From positions 2,408 through 66,407 of the IMG/VR virus record IMGVR_UViG_3300021598_001506: a stretch of DNA of 64,000 nt; one strand, given 5' to 3'. The position numbers were made by a program, and so were the translations under genes. This document shows, piece after piece, positions 16,140 to 27,271 of this stretch. The stretch comes from a virus. Taxonomy: Duplodnaviria > Caudoviricetes. The notes beneath the pieces are model-generated. The model was not told the DNA's origin. It ran no database searches and was given only the letters and a program-made list of their open reading frames with translations. Within the stretch, counting starts at the first letter, position 1. Every line of letters starts with the position of its first letter.

Positions 16140-16868
16140 ATGTTGAGATTTAGCTCTGATGTTGAGGTCGAGCTAGTCAAATGCAGCGCAGAGGACATGG
16201 ATGTCGTGTTCTCTGCCCGCGTTAGTACGGAAGGCGAGCGAACCCGTGACTATGGAGCATCTTTTGATGAAACCAACGAACTCTCAAAGAGAGAGCAAGG
16301 TCTAATCAACTTCTTGATGCGAGAGCGTCACGGTACTCCTTTTGAGCACTCCTACTTCACCTTTTATGTAAAGGCACCTATCTTTGTGTGGCGAGAGCAT
16401 ATGCGGCACCGTATTGCTTCTTATAACGAGGAAAGTGGTCGATATAGAGAGCTAGAGCCAGAGTTTTATATCCCTAACAAAGATAGAAAACTGATTCAGG
16501 TAGGTAAACCAGGAGCATATGTTTTTGAAGAAGGTAGTGAAGAGCAGTATCAGATAACTGTAAATAACTACAAGAAAGCATGTAGCGAGGCGTACTTTAA
16601 CTATAAGGAGATGCTCTCCAACGGGGTAGCTCGAGAAGTCGCTCGAGGAGTCCTACCAGTGACTATCTACTCTTCTGCATACGTGACAATTAATGCTCGT
16701 TCTCTGATGAACTTTCTCAGTCTACGCAGAAACGTTGAGGGGCAGAGTTTTCCTTCTTACCCTCAAAGGGAGATTGAGATGGTTGCAGAACGGTATGAAG
16801 AGATTTTTGAATACCACATGCCAGTGACACACAAAGCATTTGTTGAAAACGGAAGAGTATCCCCTTGA
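16140..16868 (+). CDS. thyX: FAD-dependent thymidylate synthase
   Basis: HGTPFEH, ThyX motif RHRIASYNEESGRY, AREVARGVLP and PQREI; start ATG16140 with SD AGGAAGG. Confidence 0.95.
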   Translation: MLRFSSDVEVELVKCSAEDMDVVFSARVSTEGERTRDYGASFDETNELSKREQGLINFLMRERHGTPFEHSYFTFYVKAPIFVWREHMRHRIASYNEESGRYRELEPEFYIPNKDRKLIQVGKPGAYVFEEGSEEQYQITVNNYKKACSEAYFNYKEMLSNGVAREVARGVLPVTIYSSAYVTINARSLMNFLSLRRNVEGQSFPSYPQREIEMVAERYEEIFEYHMPVTHKAFVENGRVSP

Positions 16869-17548
16869 GTGAAGGTATTGCTTATTGTTATGCACGTGTA
16901 TCTACTCAGATGCAAGCAGAAGAAGGTGTCTCTCTTGATGCACAAGAAAGACAGTTAATTGCTGCTGCTGAATCTGCAGGGTATACGGCAGTAATTCTTC
17001 GTGAAGAAGGTAAGTCTGGTAAAAGTATTACTGGAAGACCTGTTTTGCGAAAAGCATTAGATGAATTAGACGAAGGAAAAGCGCAAGCACTTTTTGTTAC
17101 ACGCTTAGATAGACTTGCACGCTCTACTCGGGATTTTTTAAGTATTGTCGACCGTTCACATAAATACGAGTGGCGTTTAGCACTTCTTGATTTGGGATTG
17201 GACACTGGTACATACCAAGGACGTTTTGTTGTAACCATCATGTCTGCAATGGCAGAGATGGAGCGTGGAATGATTTCTATGCGTCAAAAAGACGTACACA
17301 AAGACCGTAGAGACGCTGGGAAGATTTGGGGTGTCACAATTGGCCCTAAATCACCTCTATCTGCAGAGATTAAAGAAAGAATCTATAGTCAGCGTTTAGC
17401 TGGACTTTCATACGGAAAAATTGCTGAAGGTTTAGAAAATGACAAAATAGAACCACCCCGTGGAGGAAACGGGTGGTACGCAGCCAACGTAAGACACATT
17501 TTTCTGGCGTATTCAAAAGAGAAAAGCATTTTAGGCGAAATCCAATAA
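16865..17548 (+). CDS. serine recombinase (resolvase/invertase family)
   Basis: YARVST catalytic Ser, SGKS..GRP.L, RLDRLARS, AEMER and a short C-terminal DNA-binding region. Confidence 0.9.
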   Translation: MSEGIAYCYARVSTQMQAEEGVSLDAQERQLIAAAESAGYTAVILREEGKSGKSITGRPVLRKALDELDEGKAQALFVTRLDRLARSTRDFLSIVDRSHKYEWRLALLDLGLDTGTYQGRFVVTIMSAMAEMERGMISMRQKDVHKDRRDAGKIWGVTIGPKSPLSAEIKERIYSQRLAGLSYGKIAEGLENDKIEPPRGGNGWYAANVRHIFLAYSKEKSILGEIQ

Positions 17549-17614
17549 GGTAAAATTACTACGTAGCCTTGTGTGGACAGCAAGCTACAACAGGCGGTTT
17601 GTTAACCGTTTGTA

Positions 17615-20600
17615 TTGCCGTGCGTTGGAGGCAGTGCTTTGTTGCATACATTTTTTGGAAGAGCCGAACTTAATTTAAAAAGATTTTGGCTATCAGCTGC
17701 TGCCACCCCTTTTATAATTTTTCTCATCGGGGTTTTAACTCCACAAGCTGCACATGCTTCTGACGAACAGGGGGTCCAACCAACACCAGACCCAAACCAA
17801 GCGCCAAGTTCAAATGCGTCGTCGGGAGGTGATCCACAAGCTTCTTCCAGTGGCTCAGCGCAAGAGCAAATCACAGAAGTAGCAACCGCAGTAGCAACAG
17901 CGGAATCTGCAGTAACACAGTTGGAAACAAAAGTTGACCAGATTTTGGAGGTAGCAACATCAGTATCTCAACCTTCTACGCAAGTAACGGAATCAATATC
18001 TAATGCTCAGACTGCGGTAACAGAAGCTTCAAGTGCTACCCAACAAGCCAGTGAATCAGTACAAACAGCACAGACAGCAGTTACCGTATCGCAAATTGCC
18101 AATCAAACTTTGGCCCAAGCAACCTCCGCAGTTGAGGCCCAAACCGCAGTAGTAGAGCAAGCAACCACAGCTGTCTCTACAGCTGAAGCAGCATTAAATA
18201 CTGCAACAACAACTTTTTATCAAGAGAATGCAAATCTAGGGACTGCAACTTCTACACTTTCCACTGCTCAAACTACAGCAGAAAATGCAGCAGCAGAGGC
18301 AGCAGCAACAAATACAACTACAACAGTCACAGAAACTTTTGCTAACAACACTACTAGCGTTGTAGCAATTACTACTGGTGGGGTTTCAGTCACAACAACA
18401 CCAACCAGTAATGTATCAATTAGCGGACCTTGGAATACACCTCAAACAGCTGGTCCAGCTCTTGTTCTTATGAACCCAACTAATGATGTTGTTATCAATG
18501 TAAATCCTTCAGGTCAAGGAACTGTCACCTCTGTGACTATGGGCGTGTATGCCAAAAATGGCGATACAACTATGACTGCAACAAATGCAGATGGAACAAC
18601 TAATACAGAAGTAGTCAACAATAACGTTTCTTCCCAGACACAAGCAGTTCAATATACTTCTACAGAGACTGTTACTGGAACAAACATCCAAACAGTTACT
18701 ATCACAAAAGATAATGATTATTACGTTGTAGACAATATTGCTATAACAAAAACAACTTCCGACCCTGCTCTAGTAGCAGCGGCAGAAGCAGCAACTGCAG
18801 CTCTTGCTTCAGCACAGGCTGCCCACGATGCACAACTAGCAGTTCGTGATGCATCCCACGCTGCGTGGGGTGCAGCCCACGTTGCTGCTAATGCTGCTCA
18901 GGCAACTCTTTCTACAGAGCAAACAGCGCTTACACAAGCTCAGACAACTCAGGAGACGGCTCAGGATTTAGCTACAGTGTCCACTGCTGGCGCTGTTTCG
19001 GCAGTTGCAACAGCTCAGGCTTCAGTAGAGCCAGCGATGACCGCCGTTGTGGAAGCAGTTGTAGTAGTTGCTCAGACTCAGGTTGTTGTTGCTGAAGCAG
19101 CAGTTGAAACCGTATCTAACACACTTCAAACAGTTGTTGCTTCAGCAGACGCTCTTCCACTACAAAAACCAGAAGTTACTGCAGTAGTTGATGCTGCTGT
19201 TGATGCAGTAGTCGAAGCACAAGAAGCGGTTGAAGCAGCAAAGACTGCTATGGAGACTGCAGTGACACTGGCAGAGACAGCATTAACAGAACCAGAAGCA
19301 GCAGCAGTAGTTGCAGATAAAACAGAGGTTTTAACTCAAGCTCAAGCTGCAGTAGACGCTCAAGAAGTTGTGGTCGCTACTGCAACTACAACAGAAGCGA
19401 CTGCTCAAGCTGTTGTGGACTCTGCTACAACTCCAGGATTGAAAGTACAGGTCTACAGCGTTAATGGGCAAAACAACGCTCCAACTCTTCCTACAAATGC
19501 TGTTCCTATTCACACCACTACAGATACAAACGGAATTAATGAGCAGTGGGGTAGCGGAACAGTTGCTGGCTCATACCGTAATGAAGATGTCATTGTTAAA
19601 TACACAGGCAACTGGACTCCTCAAACAACTGGAACTCAATATCTGCATGCACCAGCAGATGATGGCACAAAGCTTTACCTAGATGGAGAGCTTGTTATAA
19701 ATGACTGGTATGACAAAGGTGGTGGCGGTTCTACAGCCGATGTAGAAACAACCGCTGGAGTAGGAAAAGTTTTTGAGTTCTGGTATTACGAAAATGGTGG
19801 CGGAGCTGCTGTATCTTTATTGCGCTTTACAGATAATGGTTGGGAAGTTATTCCCGGTTCTGAGTTCACTCAATCAACAGCTACAACTCAACAGCTACAG
19901 GCACTAGCAACTGCCGAAGCAAATCTTGCAGCAGAGCAAACCGAACTTGAAGTTCTTGAGACAGTAGAAAATGTTGCCCAACAAAATTTAGCAAATGCTC
20001 AAGCAGATTTGCAAGAAGCTGAGAATGCTACAGCTGCTATGGAGACAGCCGTAGTTTTAGCTCAGACAGCAATTACAGAAACAGTTGAAGCAATACAAGC
20101 TGTTCAAACTGCTCAAACAACCGTAGCTCAGGAAGTTATTTTTCAGAGCCCTATAGCTGCCCCGTCAAACATTGCAGTTACACAGTTATCAAATGGAGAT
20201 GTACAAGTTTCTTGGGACCCACCAACAGGTGTAATTTCTCCAGAACGTTATGCAATCTCTTGGTCAAATGGAAGTGGCGGATGGGGTGTAGCAACTGGTA
20301 ATGCGGGAGACGCTAATGCTCTTAATACAAGCATTGTTCTTTCAGCATCTTTGTTTGAGTCAACTGGTGGACTAGACACTACTTATCAAATTAGTGTTCG
20401 CTCCGATAATGACTCACTTGCTAAATATTCAGATGTAGTTGCAACTCAAATGTTTATTTCAGATCCCACCCCGGCTCCAGAACCTCAACCGACTCCTCAG
20501 CCAGAACCAACTCCGAATCCAGAACCTCAACCAGAGCCGCAGCCTGAGCCCACACAGCCAGAACCGCAGCCAGAACCGCAGCCAGACCCACAACCAGAAC

Positions 20601-21487
20601 CAGAGCCAGAACCCACCACACCTGAGCCAGAACCTGAAATACCTGTGACACCTGAACCTCCTCTACCTGAACCTGAACCTGAAACCCCTACTGAGCCTGA
20701 ACCTGAGACTCCTGTAGAGCCTGAACCTGAGACTCCTGTAGAGCCTGAACCTGAGACTCCTGTAGAGCCTGAACCTGAGACTCCTGTAGAGCCCGAAACA
20801 CCAGTGGACCCCGAGACTCCTGTGGAGCCAGAACCAGAATCGCCAGAGCAACCAACAGACCCAGAACCTGAACCAGAATCACCAGAGCAACCAACCGAAC
20901 CCACAACACCTGAACCAACTCCTACCGAGCCTGAAGAAAAAGCTCCAGAAGCAATTATAGAAGATGCATTGGCGGATGGTGTTCTAACTGCTGAAGAAAA
21001 AGAAGCAGTGGTTGAAGCAATTTTGGAAGATCTAGCTCCAGGAGAAGCTGTAAGTTCAGAACAACTTGCTGAAGCTGGTATTACTTATGAAGATTTGCCA
21101 CCAGAGACTCCAGTTGAAACTAGAACTGACGAGGATGGCAACCCTGTCATAATTACTGCTGAGGTTGCTGCCGCTTTAGTTTTGTTGGAGAACCCAGCAG
21201 AACTTATTGGCGAGATTTTTTCTGACCCAGGACAAGTGCTTCTAGCACTTGGAAGCATTGGTGCTGACATGTCAGAGGAAGAGCGAGAAGAGGCAGAAAA
21301 GATGGTTGTCGCAACTGTTGTTGCTGCTGGAGCTGCAATTAATGCTGCAGCTGCCGCAGCAGGAGCTGCTGGTTCTTCTAGCGGTGGAAGCGGTGGAAGC
21401 GGTGGAAGCGGTGGCGGTGGAGCGACTGGAAAAATGGATGGAACTAGAAGAAGAACTACTAGTGGAAAAGTTAGGAAGGTGAAATAA
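17615..21487 (+). CDS. large secreted/surface protein: Ala/Thr-rich stalk, PA14, FnIII, Pro-Glu repeats, C-terminal hydrophobic + Gly + Arg tail
   Basis: signal peptide ending AAHA; [11 protein letters not shown]...WYYENGGGA (PA14); APSNI...VSWDPP...YQISVRS (FnIII); exact start uncertain. Confidence 0.75.
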   Translation: MPCVGGSALLHTFFGRAELNLKRFWLSAAATPFIIFLIGVLTPQAAHASDEQGVQPTPDPNQAPSSNASSGGDPQASSSGSAQEQITEVATAVATAESAVTQLETKVDQILEVATSVSQPSTQVTESISNAQTAVTEASSATQQASESVQTAQTAVTVSQIANQTLAQATSAVEAQTAVVEQATTAVSTAEAALNTATTTFYQENANLGTATSTLSTAQTTAENAAAEAAATNTTTTVTETFANNTTSVVAITTGGVSVTTTPTSNVSISGPWNTPQTAGPALVLMNPTNDVVINVNPSGQGTVTSVTMGVYAKNGDTTMTATNADGTTNTEVVNNNVSSQTQAVQYTSTETVTGTNIQTVTITKDNDYYVVDNIAITKTTSDPALVAAAEAATAALASAQAAHDAQLAVRDASHAAWGAAHVAANAAQATLSTEQTALTQAQTTQETAQDLATVSTAGAVSAVATAQASVEPAMTAVVEAVVVVAQTQVVVAEAAVETVSNTLQTVVASADALPLQKPEVTAVVDAAVDAVVEAQEAVEAAKTAMETAVTLAETALTEPEAAAVVADKTEVLTQAQAAVDAQEVVVATATTTEATAQAVVDSATTPGLKVQVYSVNGQNNAPTLPTNAVPIHTTTDTNGINEQWGSGTVAGSYRNEDVIVKYTGNWTPQTTGTQYLHAPADDGTKLYLDGELVINDWYDKGGGGSTADVETTAGVGKVFEFWYYENGGGAAVSLLRFTDNGWEVIPGSEFTQSTATTQQLQALATAEANLAAEQTELEVLETVENVAQQNLANAQADLQEAENATAAMETAVVLAQTAITETVEAIQAVQTAQTTVAQEVIFQSPIAAPSNIAVTQLSNGDVQVSWDPPTGVISPERYAISWSNGSGGWGVATGNAGDANALNTSIVLSASLFESTGGLDTTYQISVRSDNDSLAKYSDVVATQMFISDPTPAPEPQPTPQPEPTPNPEPQPEPQPEPTQPEPQPEPQPDPQPEPEPEPTTPEPEPEIPVTPEPPLPEPEPETPTEPEPETPVEPEPETPVEPEPETPVEPEPETPVEPETPVDPETPVEPEPESPEQPTDPEPEPESPEQPTEPTTPEPTPTEPEEKAPEAIIEDALADGVLTAEEKEAVVEAILEDLAPGEAVSSEQLAEAGITYEDLPPETPVETRTDEDGNPVIITAEVAAALVLLENPAELIGEIFSDPGQVLLALGSIGADMSEEEREEAEKMVVATVVAAGAAINAAAAAAGAAGSSSGGSGGSGGSGGGGATGKMDGTRRRTTSGKVRKVK
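20696..20791 (+). repeat. 24-bp tandem repeat x4 (PEPETPVE)
   Basis: CCTGAACCTGAGACTCCTGTAGAG, four perfect copies. Confidence 0.9.
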
Positions 21488-21670
21488 ATGAAAAACTTCT
21501 TAAGAGATGTTCTAGACCAACTATGGACACTTTTGGGCATGTTTGTTGCTTGGATTGTTTTAGACGGCTCAGCAAAGACAATAGTTGGCTATGCAATTGT
21601 CTGGTCTACAGCCGTGTGGGTTATTACCTACAGACTAAGAAATCCAAAAGAAGAAGAGGGTGAAGAGTAA
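21488..21670 (+). CDS. small two-TM membrane protein coupled to the surface protein
   Basis: starts immediately after the stop; WTLLGMFVAWIVL. Confidence 0.75.
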   Translation: MKNFLRDVLDQLWTLLGMFVAWIVLDGSAKTIVGYAIVWSTAVWVITYRLRNPKEEEGEE

Positions 21671-21671
21671 A

Positions 21672-21704
21672 AGTCAGGAAGATTAAACTGATGTCTTCCT
21701 GACT
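21672..21704 (+). terminator. hairpin without U-tract, probable terminator
   Basis: AGTCAGGAAGA-N11-TCTTCCTGACT directly after the stop. Confidence 0.55.
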
Positions 21705-21785
21705 CAGATGGTTGATTTAAAGCTCTATCTATGATAGATTTACACAGGACGCGTTGGATACAATGACATAGATGGAGATATAAAG

Positions 21786-22244
21786 ATGAGCAACGAGCTT
21801 GTAGAACAGTATGCCCAGCTTATTCAACCGCATCTCGAAGATGCAAAGAAGGCATATGGAGCAAGAACTCAAAACAGTCCAGCGCATAATGCAAGTCGTG
21901 AATACACACGACTATTGATTGAGTTTCGCAATAAAGGTGGAAGCCTCCCACTTCTAGCAAAGCGACTTAAGGTGGCATATGCAGGAGTTCGCCGCCGTGT
22001 TGTTATGAATGAAATAAATGTTTCTAATATCAAGCCTCAAACTAAGATTCGGGGAGAAGCAGTCAAAGAATCTGCTCAACGAGTAAGAACTGCTAAAGCA
22101 CAAGGCACTGACCAGTACCACGATCAACTGGCAGATGAATACAAGTCAGGTATTTCTCTTTCTAATTTAGCAAAAGAGCTAGGTCTTAGCTCTGCTGCCC
22201 CGCTGTACTATGGAGTTCAGAGAAGTCTTCAAAGAAATAGATAG
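21786..22244 (+). CDS. tandem-HTH DNA-binding protein (terminase small subunit or regulator)
   Basis: two similar HTH-like segments (SLPLLAKRLKV; SLSNLAKELGL); directly upstream of terL. Confidence 0.5.
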   Translation: MSNELVEQYAQLIQPHLEDAKKAYGARTQNSPAHNASREYTRLLIEFRNKGGSLPLLAKRLKVAYAGVRRRVVMNEINVSNIKPQTKIRGEAVKESAQRVRTAKAQGTDQYHDQLADEYKSGISLSNLAKELGLSSAAPLYYGVQRSLQRNR

Positions 22245-22252
22245 GTGTCGAT

Positions 22253-23674
22253 ATGGGAAAGAGCTTCATGGAGCAGCTCGCCATGCTATCGCAAGAAGAG
22301 CAAGCTGCGGTTCTTTCCAGTATTGACCCAGAATTACTTCAGTGGGATTGGCGTTCTTGGGGCAGACCAGAACAACTTCCTCCAGAAGGCGATGATTGGA
22401 ATATTTGGCTTGTACTTGCAGGTCGTGGTTTTGGTAAAACAAGACTTGCGTCTGAATGGGTGAGAGAGCAAGCAAAATATACAACTGAAGGTCAAAGACG
22501 TTTTGCATTGGTGGCTCGTACTGCAGCCGATGTTCGTGACGTTATTGTTGAAGGTGAATCAGGGATTATTAATGTCTCTCCACCATCAGAGCGTCCACAT
22601 TACGAGCCATCAAAACGTCGCTTAACTTGGCCTAACGGAAATACCGCAACACTTTTTACCGCAGATGAACCAGACTCTCTGCGTGGTCCTCAATTTACTC
22701 ACGCATGGGGCGATGAGATTGCAGCTTGGCGTCAGACTCCAGATGCTGCAGGTATGACCGCATTTGACAACTTGCGTGTTGGCACTCGTCTTGGTGCAAA
22801 ACCAAAAATTGTTTGTACAACTACTCCAAAGAGAGTTCCACTTCTTTATAAATTGATTGAAGAATCAACTAATTCAAAGAGCCTTTCAAAAGTTATTGTG
22901 ACTAGAGGCTCCACAATGGATAACGCTGGAAACTTGTCTGGAACATACCTAGACACAATCATGGGTGTTTATGAAGGAACATCACTTGCTCGTCAAGAAC
23001 TTTACGGTGAAATGCTTGATGATGTTGAAGGCACACTGTGGACAATGGAGATGATTGAAAGTTCTAGACAAGGACTTCTTCCTCCTCAGGCTCCACTTCG
23101 TTGTATTGGTGTTGACCCATCTGTTGCAGAAAACCCTCGAGACGAGTGTGGAATTGTTGTTTGCGCATCTACAGCAGACCGTGATTTGTATAAGCGTCAC
23201 GCATGGGTGCTAGAAGATGCAACAGTTCATGGTTCCCCAGAGGTGTGGGCAAATAAAGTTGTTGAAATGGCTAGACGCTGGGGTGCTCCAGTGGTAGCTG
23301 AAGTAAACCAAGGTGGAGCATTAGTTCGTAATGCAATTAATGCAATTGACCCAAATGTTAAAGTTTTGGAAGTGCACTCAAAACACGGTAAAGCGCTTCG
23401 CGCTGAACCTGTCGTTCTTGCTTACGAGCAGAATCGAATTCATCATATTGGTTATCTTCCAGACTTGGAGTCTCAGATGACAACTTGGGTGCCAGGAGAG
23501 TCCAAAAAATCTCCAGACAGGGTGGATGCCTTAGTTCACGCAATGACAGCCCTCCTAATCAAACCTCCGCAAGGGTTTGTTGGTGGCACATTGGTAGCCA
23601 AATCTTTTTCCTCACGACGCTTGCCTAATTTTAGAGCAGGTGGCGGAGGTCGAGTTTTTACTCCTAGAAGTTAA
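22253..23674 (+). CDS. terL: terminase large subunit
   Basis: Walker A AGRGFGKT, Walker B WGDE, TTTP coupling motif, RQEL.GE, nuclease GVDP and SPDRVDA. Confidence 0.93.
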   Translation: MGKSFMEQLAMLSQEEQAAVLSSIDPELLQWDWRSWGRPEQLPPEGDDWNIWLVLAGRGFGKTRLASEWVREQAKYTTEGQRRFALVARTAADVRDVIVEGESGIINVSPPSERPHYEPSKRRLTWPNGNTATLFTADEPDSLRGPQFTHAWGDEIAAWRQTPDAAGMTAFDNLRVGTRLGAKPKIVCTTTPKRVPLLYKLIEESTNSKSLSKVIVTRGSTMDNAGNLSGTYLDTIMGVYEGTSLARQELYGEMLDDVEGTLWTMEMIESSRQGLLPPQAPLRCIGVDPSVAENPRDECGIVVCASTADRDLYKRHAWVLEDATVHGSPEVWANKVVEMARRWGAPVVAEVNQGGALVRNAINAIDPNVKVLEVHSKHGKALRAEPVVLAYEQNRIHHIGYLPDLESQMTTWVPGESKKSPDRVDALVHAMTALLIKPPQGFVGGTLVAKSFSSRRLPNFRAGGGGRVFTPRS

Positions 23675-26292
23675 AACGCTCTATTGAAGTTATTTAAAGT
23701 GCTCCAATCAAGCTCAGCACTTTGAACAACTCTTGGAACTAGACTTCTTCCTCGAATAACAGCTCGAGAACCTGTTCCTTCAATGATTACTCCTCTTTCA
23801 GTCATTTTCTTTTGTAGAGAGCCTTGACTTAGAGGACGTTCTCCGCGCTCTTCACTCCACTGACGATAGACACCGTAGACAATTTTTAGAGCAACGTTTG
23901 CTGAAGGATTTTCATTAGTTTCTTCTGACAAGAAGATACCAATGCGGTCTTCGTTCTTGCGGTACATCTCAGCGGCTTCTGCTACTTGAGTACACCAACC
24001 CAATGCATCACGAGATGATGAACCTAGAATTTTTATCGCACCATCAACAGCCCATGACAAAACTGCTGGAAGTGCTCCTTCTGGGTCGAATATGTATGCC
24101 TTCAAATTAGGATCAGGGTTTTCAGGCACTCGTGTCATTGGCATCGGACGGATACGACGCCACATGGCATCATCCGTGATGATTGGGCGGTGGTTTGTCG
24201 TAACCCAGAGCTTGGCTCTAGATTCGAACGTGAATGGCTGTTCTCCTGGAGAACGAGCAGAGATTACAGATGAACCAGTTAACTTCTTAACTTGGTTTTC
24301 TTTAATTCTTTCATTATCTGGCAACTCATCTACCCAAACTAGACGACGCCCACGCAACTGAGCCCAGTGATAAGCATCAGTATTACCACTGCTCATATCG
24401 TTTGCAGCAAGAATGTGAGAGTCAAGAGGCCACGCATATTGCTCAGTACCGAGACATTTCACAATTGCTTCAACAAGAGTGTTTTTACCAGAACCTGCTG
24501 GTCCATACACAAGAAACATAATGTCGTAGATGTTTGAACCAGTTATTGAATACCCAGCAGCTTTTTGAAGCCAGTCTTGATATTCCTTATCGCCACCAGT
24601 TGCAAAATCTAAGAACTGCTGCCAACGAACATTTGTGTGTCCTCGAGTATATGTAACTGGAGCACGTCGAGTGATATGTAAGTCTGGTCTTCCTTTAAGA
24701 AGTTCACCAGTTTTTAAATCAATAACTCCGTTGAGAACGCCCAAAAGATTTTCATCGTTATCCCAACGACTAACAGGGATTTCAATTCTTGGGTCAGACT
24801 TTGCAGACTCGATTGCACCTTTCATTCTTGCATTTGAGCGAGATTGATGTGCCCATTGAATAACTGAAGCTTGTTGAGAATCTGGATACTGAATTACTTC
24901 AGCAGAAATAATTGGTGGAACTCTTTTAGCTAGTTCTTGAACTTCCAACGATTCTTTGTCTGGCTTCCAGTAGCCTTCTTTCCAGACAAACCAACCCAAA
25001 CCGCTCGTATAACGAATGCCAGCGCCGAATACGTCAACAAGGCGACGACCGTTACCTGTGTCAGAAAGCGAACGTTTGCTTTCATTTCCTCCGTCTTCGA
25101 TTCGTAGAGCATCTGGGTCCTTTGGAACATTGATATTAGTTAGTGATGTGGCTTGTTCAATGGAATCTCCATCTTCAATGCCAGCCATAACTGTACTTGA
25201 GATTGGACCAGTTCCCATTGGAAAAAATGTAGGTTCTTTTGGAGGTTGAACAACACCAGTCAGAGGTTGAACAACACCAGTTAGCGGTTGTAGCTCAGTT
25301 TGTGGCTGAGAGAGGCGCTCTGCTTGTTGTTTTTGCCATTCAGCTGTTTCTGGAGAAATGAATCCAATTTTTGGATTTGATGCCACAAAATCAATGGCAC
25401 GGTGGACGTGGTGCAAAAGCCCATTAGTTCCATCTATGTGAAGAGGTGGTCTAATTTTTGTAGCATTGAATCGAATCATGTCCGACTCAATCATTCTTCT
25501 AGCGTCTTTACTAGTTCCAAATTTATTTGCAAGAGCGCATGTTAGTTTGTAAACATCTACGGCACGAGCACCTTCATCAATTCCTTTTTCAAGAATCCCA
25601 GAGATGTCAACTTTTTCATACTCTAGGTCGTCCCAATCTCCAGACTCTAGAGTGAAGCTGGTTCGCTTAGATCTTTTACGTAGAGCAGCAAGTAATTGTT
25701 CTGGTGCTTCAGCAATTTCAACTTCCCAAGGTGCTTTTCCAGGAACCCACTCATAGTTGACTCCAGAGAAGTGCTTACTTGGTGCAATAAGAACATACCC
25801 GTTGTGTTTGATATCAATTCCATTAAGTCCCATTTTGGAAAGATTTCCAATAAGACCTTCTGAATCATCGCAACGGTAGTAGATGTGACGACCACGAGTA
25901 GCAACACCTCGGTCATTTGTGTAAACACCAGTTATGGCTTCTACTGTTGGTGGCAATGCACCTTCAACTAGTTCTTCAAATTTGATAAAAGAATCAGGAC
26001 CGCCAGAACGTGGGTCAATATCAATTACAAAAAATCCACTCTTAGAGCAGTGAACTCCAACGTTGTAGTTTGGGTTTTCAGTCCACCACTGTTCAACCCT
26101 AGCTGGGTCATGTGTAGACATAACATTCCACTCATTGAGAGCGGGATGTTTTCCTACTTCTTTAGGTTCACCATGGGGCTTATTGCAAGTACAGCGCCCA
26201 TTAACAATTCCGTGGCAGGGAAGAATGCTCCAGTCGATGCTCGAATAAAACCTTGCGCCTTTGACAAGGCGTTCGGAGGACTCGTCGCTCAT
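23671..26292 (-). CDS. bifunctional Prim-Pol primase fused to D5-like SF3 helicase
   Basis: GKHP, VIDIDPR.GG, GRHIYY, APS.H; D5_N region; Walker A GPAGSGKNT, WVDE, TNH.P, AMWRR. Confidence 0.92.
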   Translation of the reverse strand: MSDESSERLVKGARFYSSIDWSILPCHGIVNGRCTCNKPHGEPKEVGKHPALNEWNVMSTHDPARVEQWWTENPNYNVGVHCSKSGFFVIDIDPRSGGPDSFIKFEELVEGALPPTVEAITGVYTNDRGVATRGRHIYYRCDDSEGLIGNLSKMGLNGIDIKHNGYVLIAPSKHFSGVNYEWVPGKAPWEVEIAEAPEQLLAALRKRSKRTSFTLESGDWDDLEYEKVDISGILEKGIDEGARAVDVYKLTCALANKFGTSKDARRMIESDMIRFNATKIRPPLHIDGTNGLLHHVHRAIDFVASNPKIGFISPETAEWQKQQAERLSQPQTELQPLTGVVQPLTGVVQPPKEPTFFPMGTGPISSTVMAGIEDGDSIEQATSLTNINVPKDPDALRIEDGGNESKRSLSDTGNGRRLVDVFGAGIRYTSGLGWFVWKEGYWKPDKESLEVQELAKRVPPIISAEVIQYPDSQQASVIQWAHQSRSNARMKGAIESAKSDPRIEIPVSRWDNDENLLGVLNGVIDLKTGELLKGRPDLHITRRAPVTYTRGHTNVRWQQFLDFATGGDKEYQDWLQKAAGYSITGSNIYDIMFLVYGPAGSGKNTLVEAIVKCLGTEQYAWPLDSHILAANDMSSGNTDAYHWAQLRGRRLVWVDELPDNERIKENQVKKLTGSSVISARSPGEQPFTFESRAKLWVTTNHRPIITDDAMWRRIRPMPMTRVPENPDPNLKAYIFDPEGALPAVLSWAVDGAIKILGSSSRDALGWCTQVAEAAEMYRKNEDRIGIFLSEETNENPSANVALKIVYGVYRQWSEERGERPLSQGSLQKKMTERGVIIEGTGSRAVIRGRSLVPRVVQSAELDWSTLNNFNRAF

Positions 26293-26458
26293 ATAACCTC
26301 CGTCGTCATGAATCCAAAGTTACTCGACTCTACAATATGAGTCAAGAGTTTTTTCGGCGTGTAGCAAATATACCCTGTAAGAGGCTAAACAAAAGTAGCC
26401 AACTAGCTTTTACTATAAACTATATTGATAGTCCCATAGTCTGGAAGTCGGTACCTAA

Positions 26459-26857
26459 TTGTTAATCCCTTTAGCCAACTCATGGTGGGAACCAGGTACC
26501 CCAAATTTTCTGGATATTGGGGATATCTCAGCAATCTTGGTATTTCTAATTACCCTTACAGGAGCCTTTTTTGGCGTGACAAAATTTTGGCTAAAGCTAC
26601 TCCGTCGAATCATTCGTGAAGAGATTGAAGTGGCTACACAGCCAATTCATCCAAACGCGAATGGAGGGCTCAGTCTAGCAGATGTGGCTAGAAAAGCCAA
26701 CAGGCTGGAAGAACAGTTAAGTGAGATGCATAAAGACAATCTTGAAACTAAGGATTTGTTGATAAAAGTTTTGTCTCAATCTGTGATAATTCCAGATACT
26801 CCGCCTATGGTTGAACAACCTGTGAAGCGGAAAAGCCGTAAGTCCGCTTCTTCCTAG
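26459..26857 (+). CDS. single-TM membrane protein
   Basis: hydrophobic helix, NGG.SL.D motif and short coiled coil. Confidence 0.65.
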   Translation: MLIPLANSWWEPGTPNFLDIGDISAILVFLITLTGAFFGVTKFWLKLLRRIIREEIEVATQPIHPNANGGLSLADVARKANRLEEQLSEMHKDNLETKDLLIKVLSQSVIIPDTPPMVEQPVKRKSRKSASS

Positions 26858-26995
26858 AAACACTTTTTTTCCGCGTTTTCGACACGCCAGAAGTCGCTAA
26901 TTATTTTATTTTTATATCTTCACTGCTATCCTCATATCTAGAGTAACTGTAAGGTTTACGGTAACTCTACACATAAGGAAAACTGGAGGATTTCA

Positions 26996-27271
26996 GTGAG
27001 TTTAGCTGATAAATTGAACAGTGCCACTCGCAGTCAACCGGGTTTGCCCTGCGGTGTAGGCAAGCTTTTGACAGAGTTAAAAGGTGAAGATAAAGAAGCC
27101 TTAGAGATTATTTTCTCCACTCGTTCCGTGTCTGGAACAGTATCAAATAGGCAAGTACACAAGATCCTTCTTGAGGAAGGATATGAAATTGCATTTGCCT
27201 CAATTTCACTCCATCGACGTAAGCAATGTCGTTGCTATACAAGTCGAGATAAGGCACATAAGGAGAACTAA
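26996..27271 (+). CDS. small Cys/His-containing putative DNA-binding protein
   Basis: PCGV...HRRKQCRC; SD GGAGG; coupled to the phosphoesterase gene. Confidence 0.65.
   Translation: MSLADKLNSATRSQPGLPCGVGKLLTELKGEDKEALEIIFSTRSVSGTVSNRQVHKILLEEGYEIAFASISLHRRKQCRCYTSRDKAHKEN

Noticed and set aside
25242-25290. 21-bp tandem duplication (QPLTGVV x2) in the primase-helicase
   Set aside because: In-frame slippage in the inter-domain linker; no sign of function
26880-26888. CGACACGCC as a WhiA-type GACAC site
   Set aside because: A five-base core with only one partial second copy (~26356) is not distinguishable from chance here
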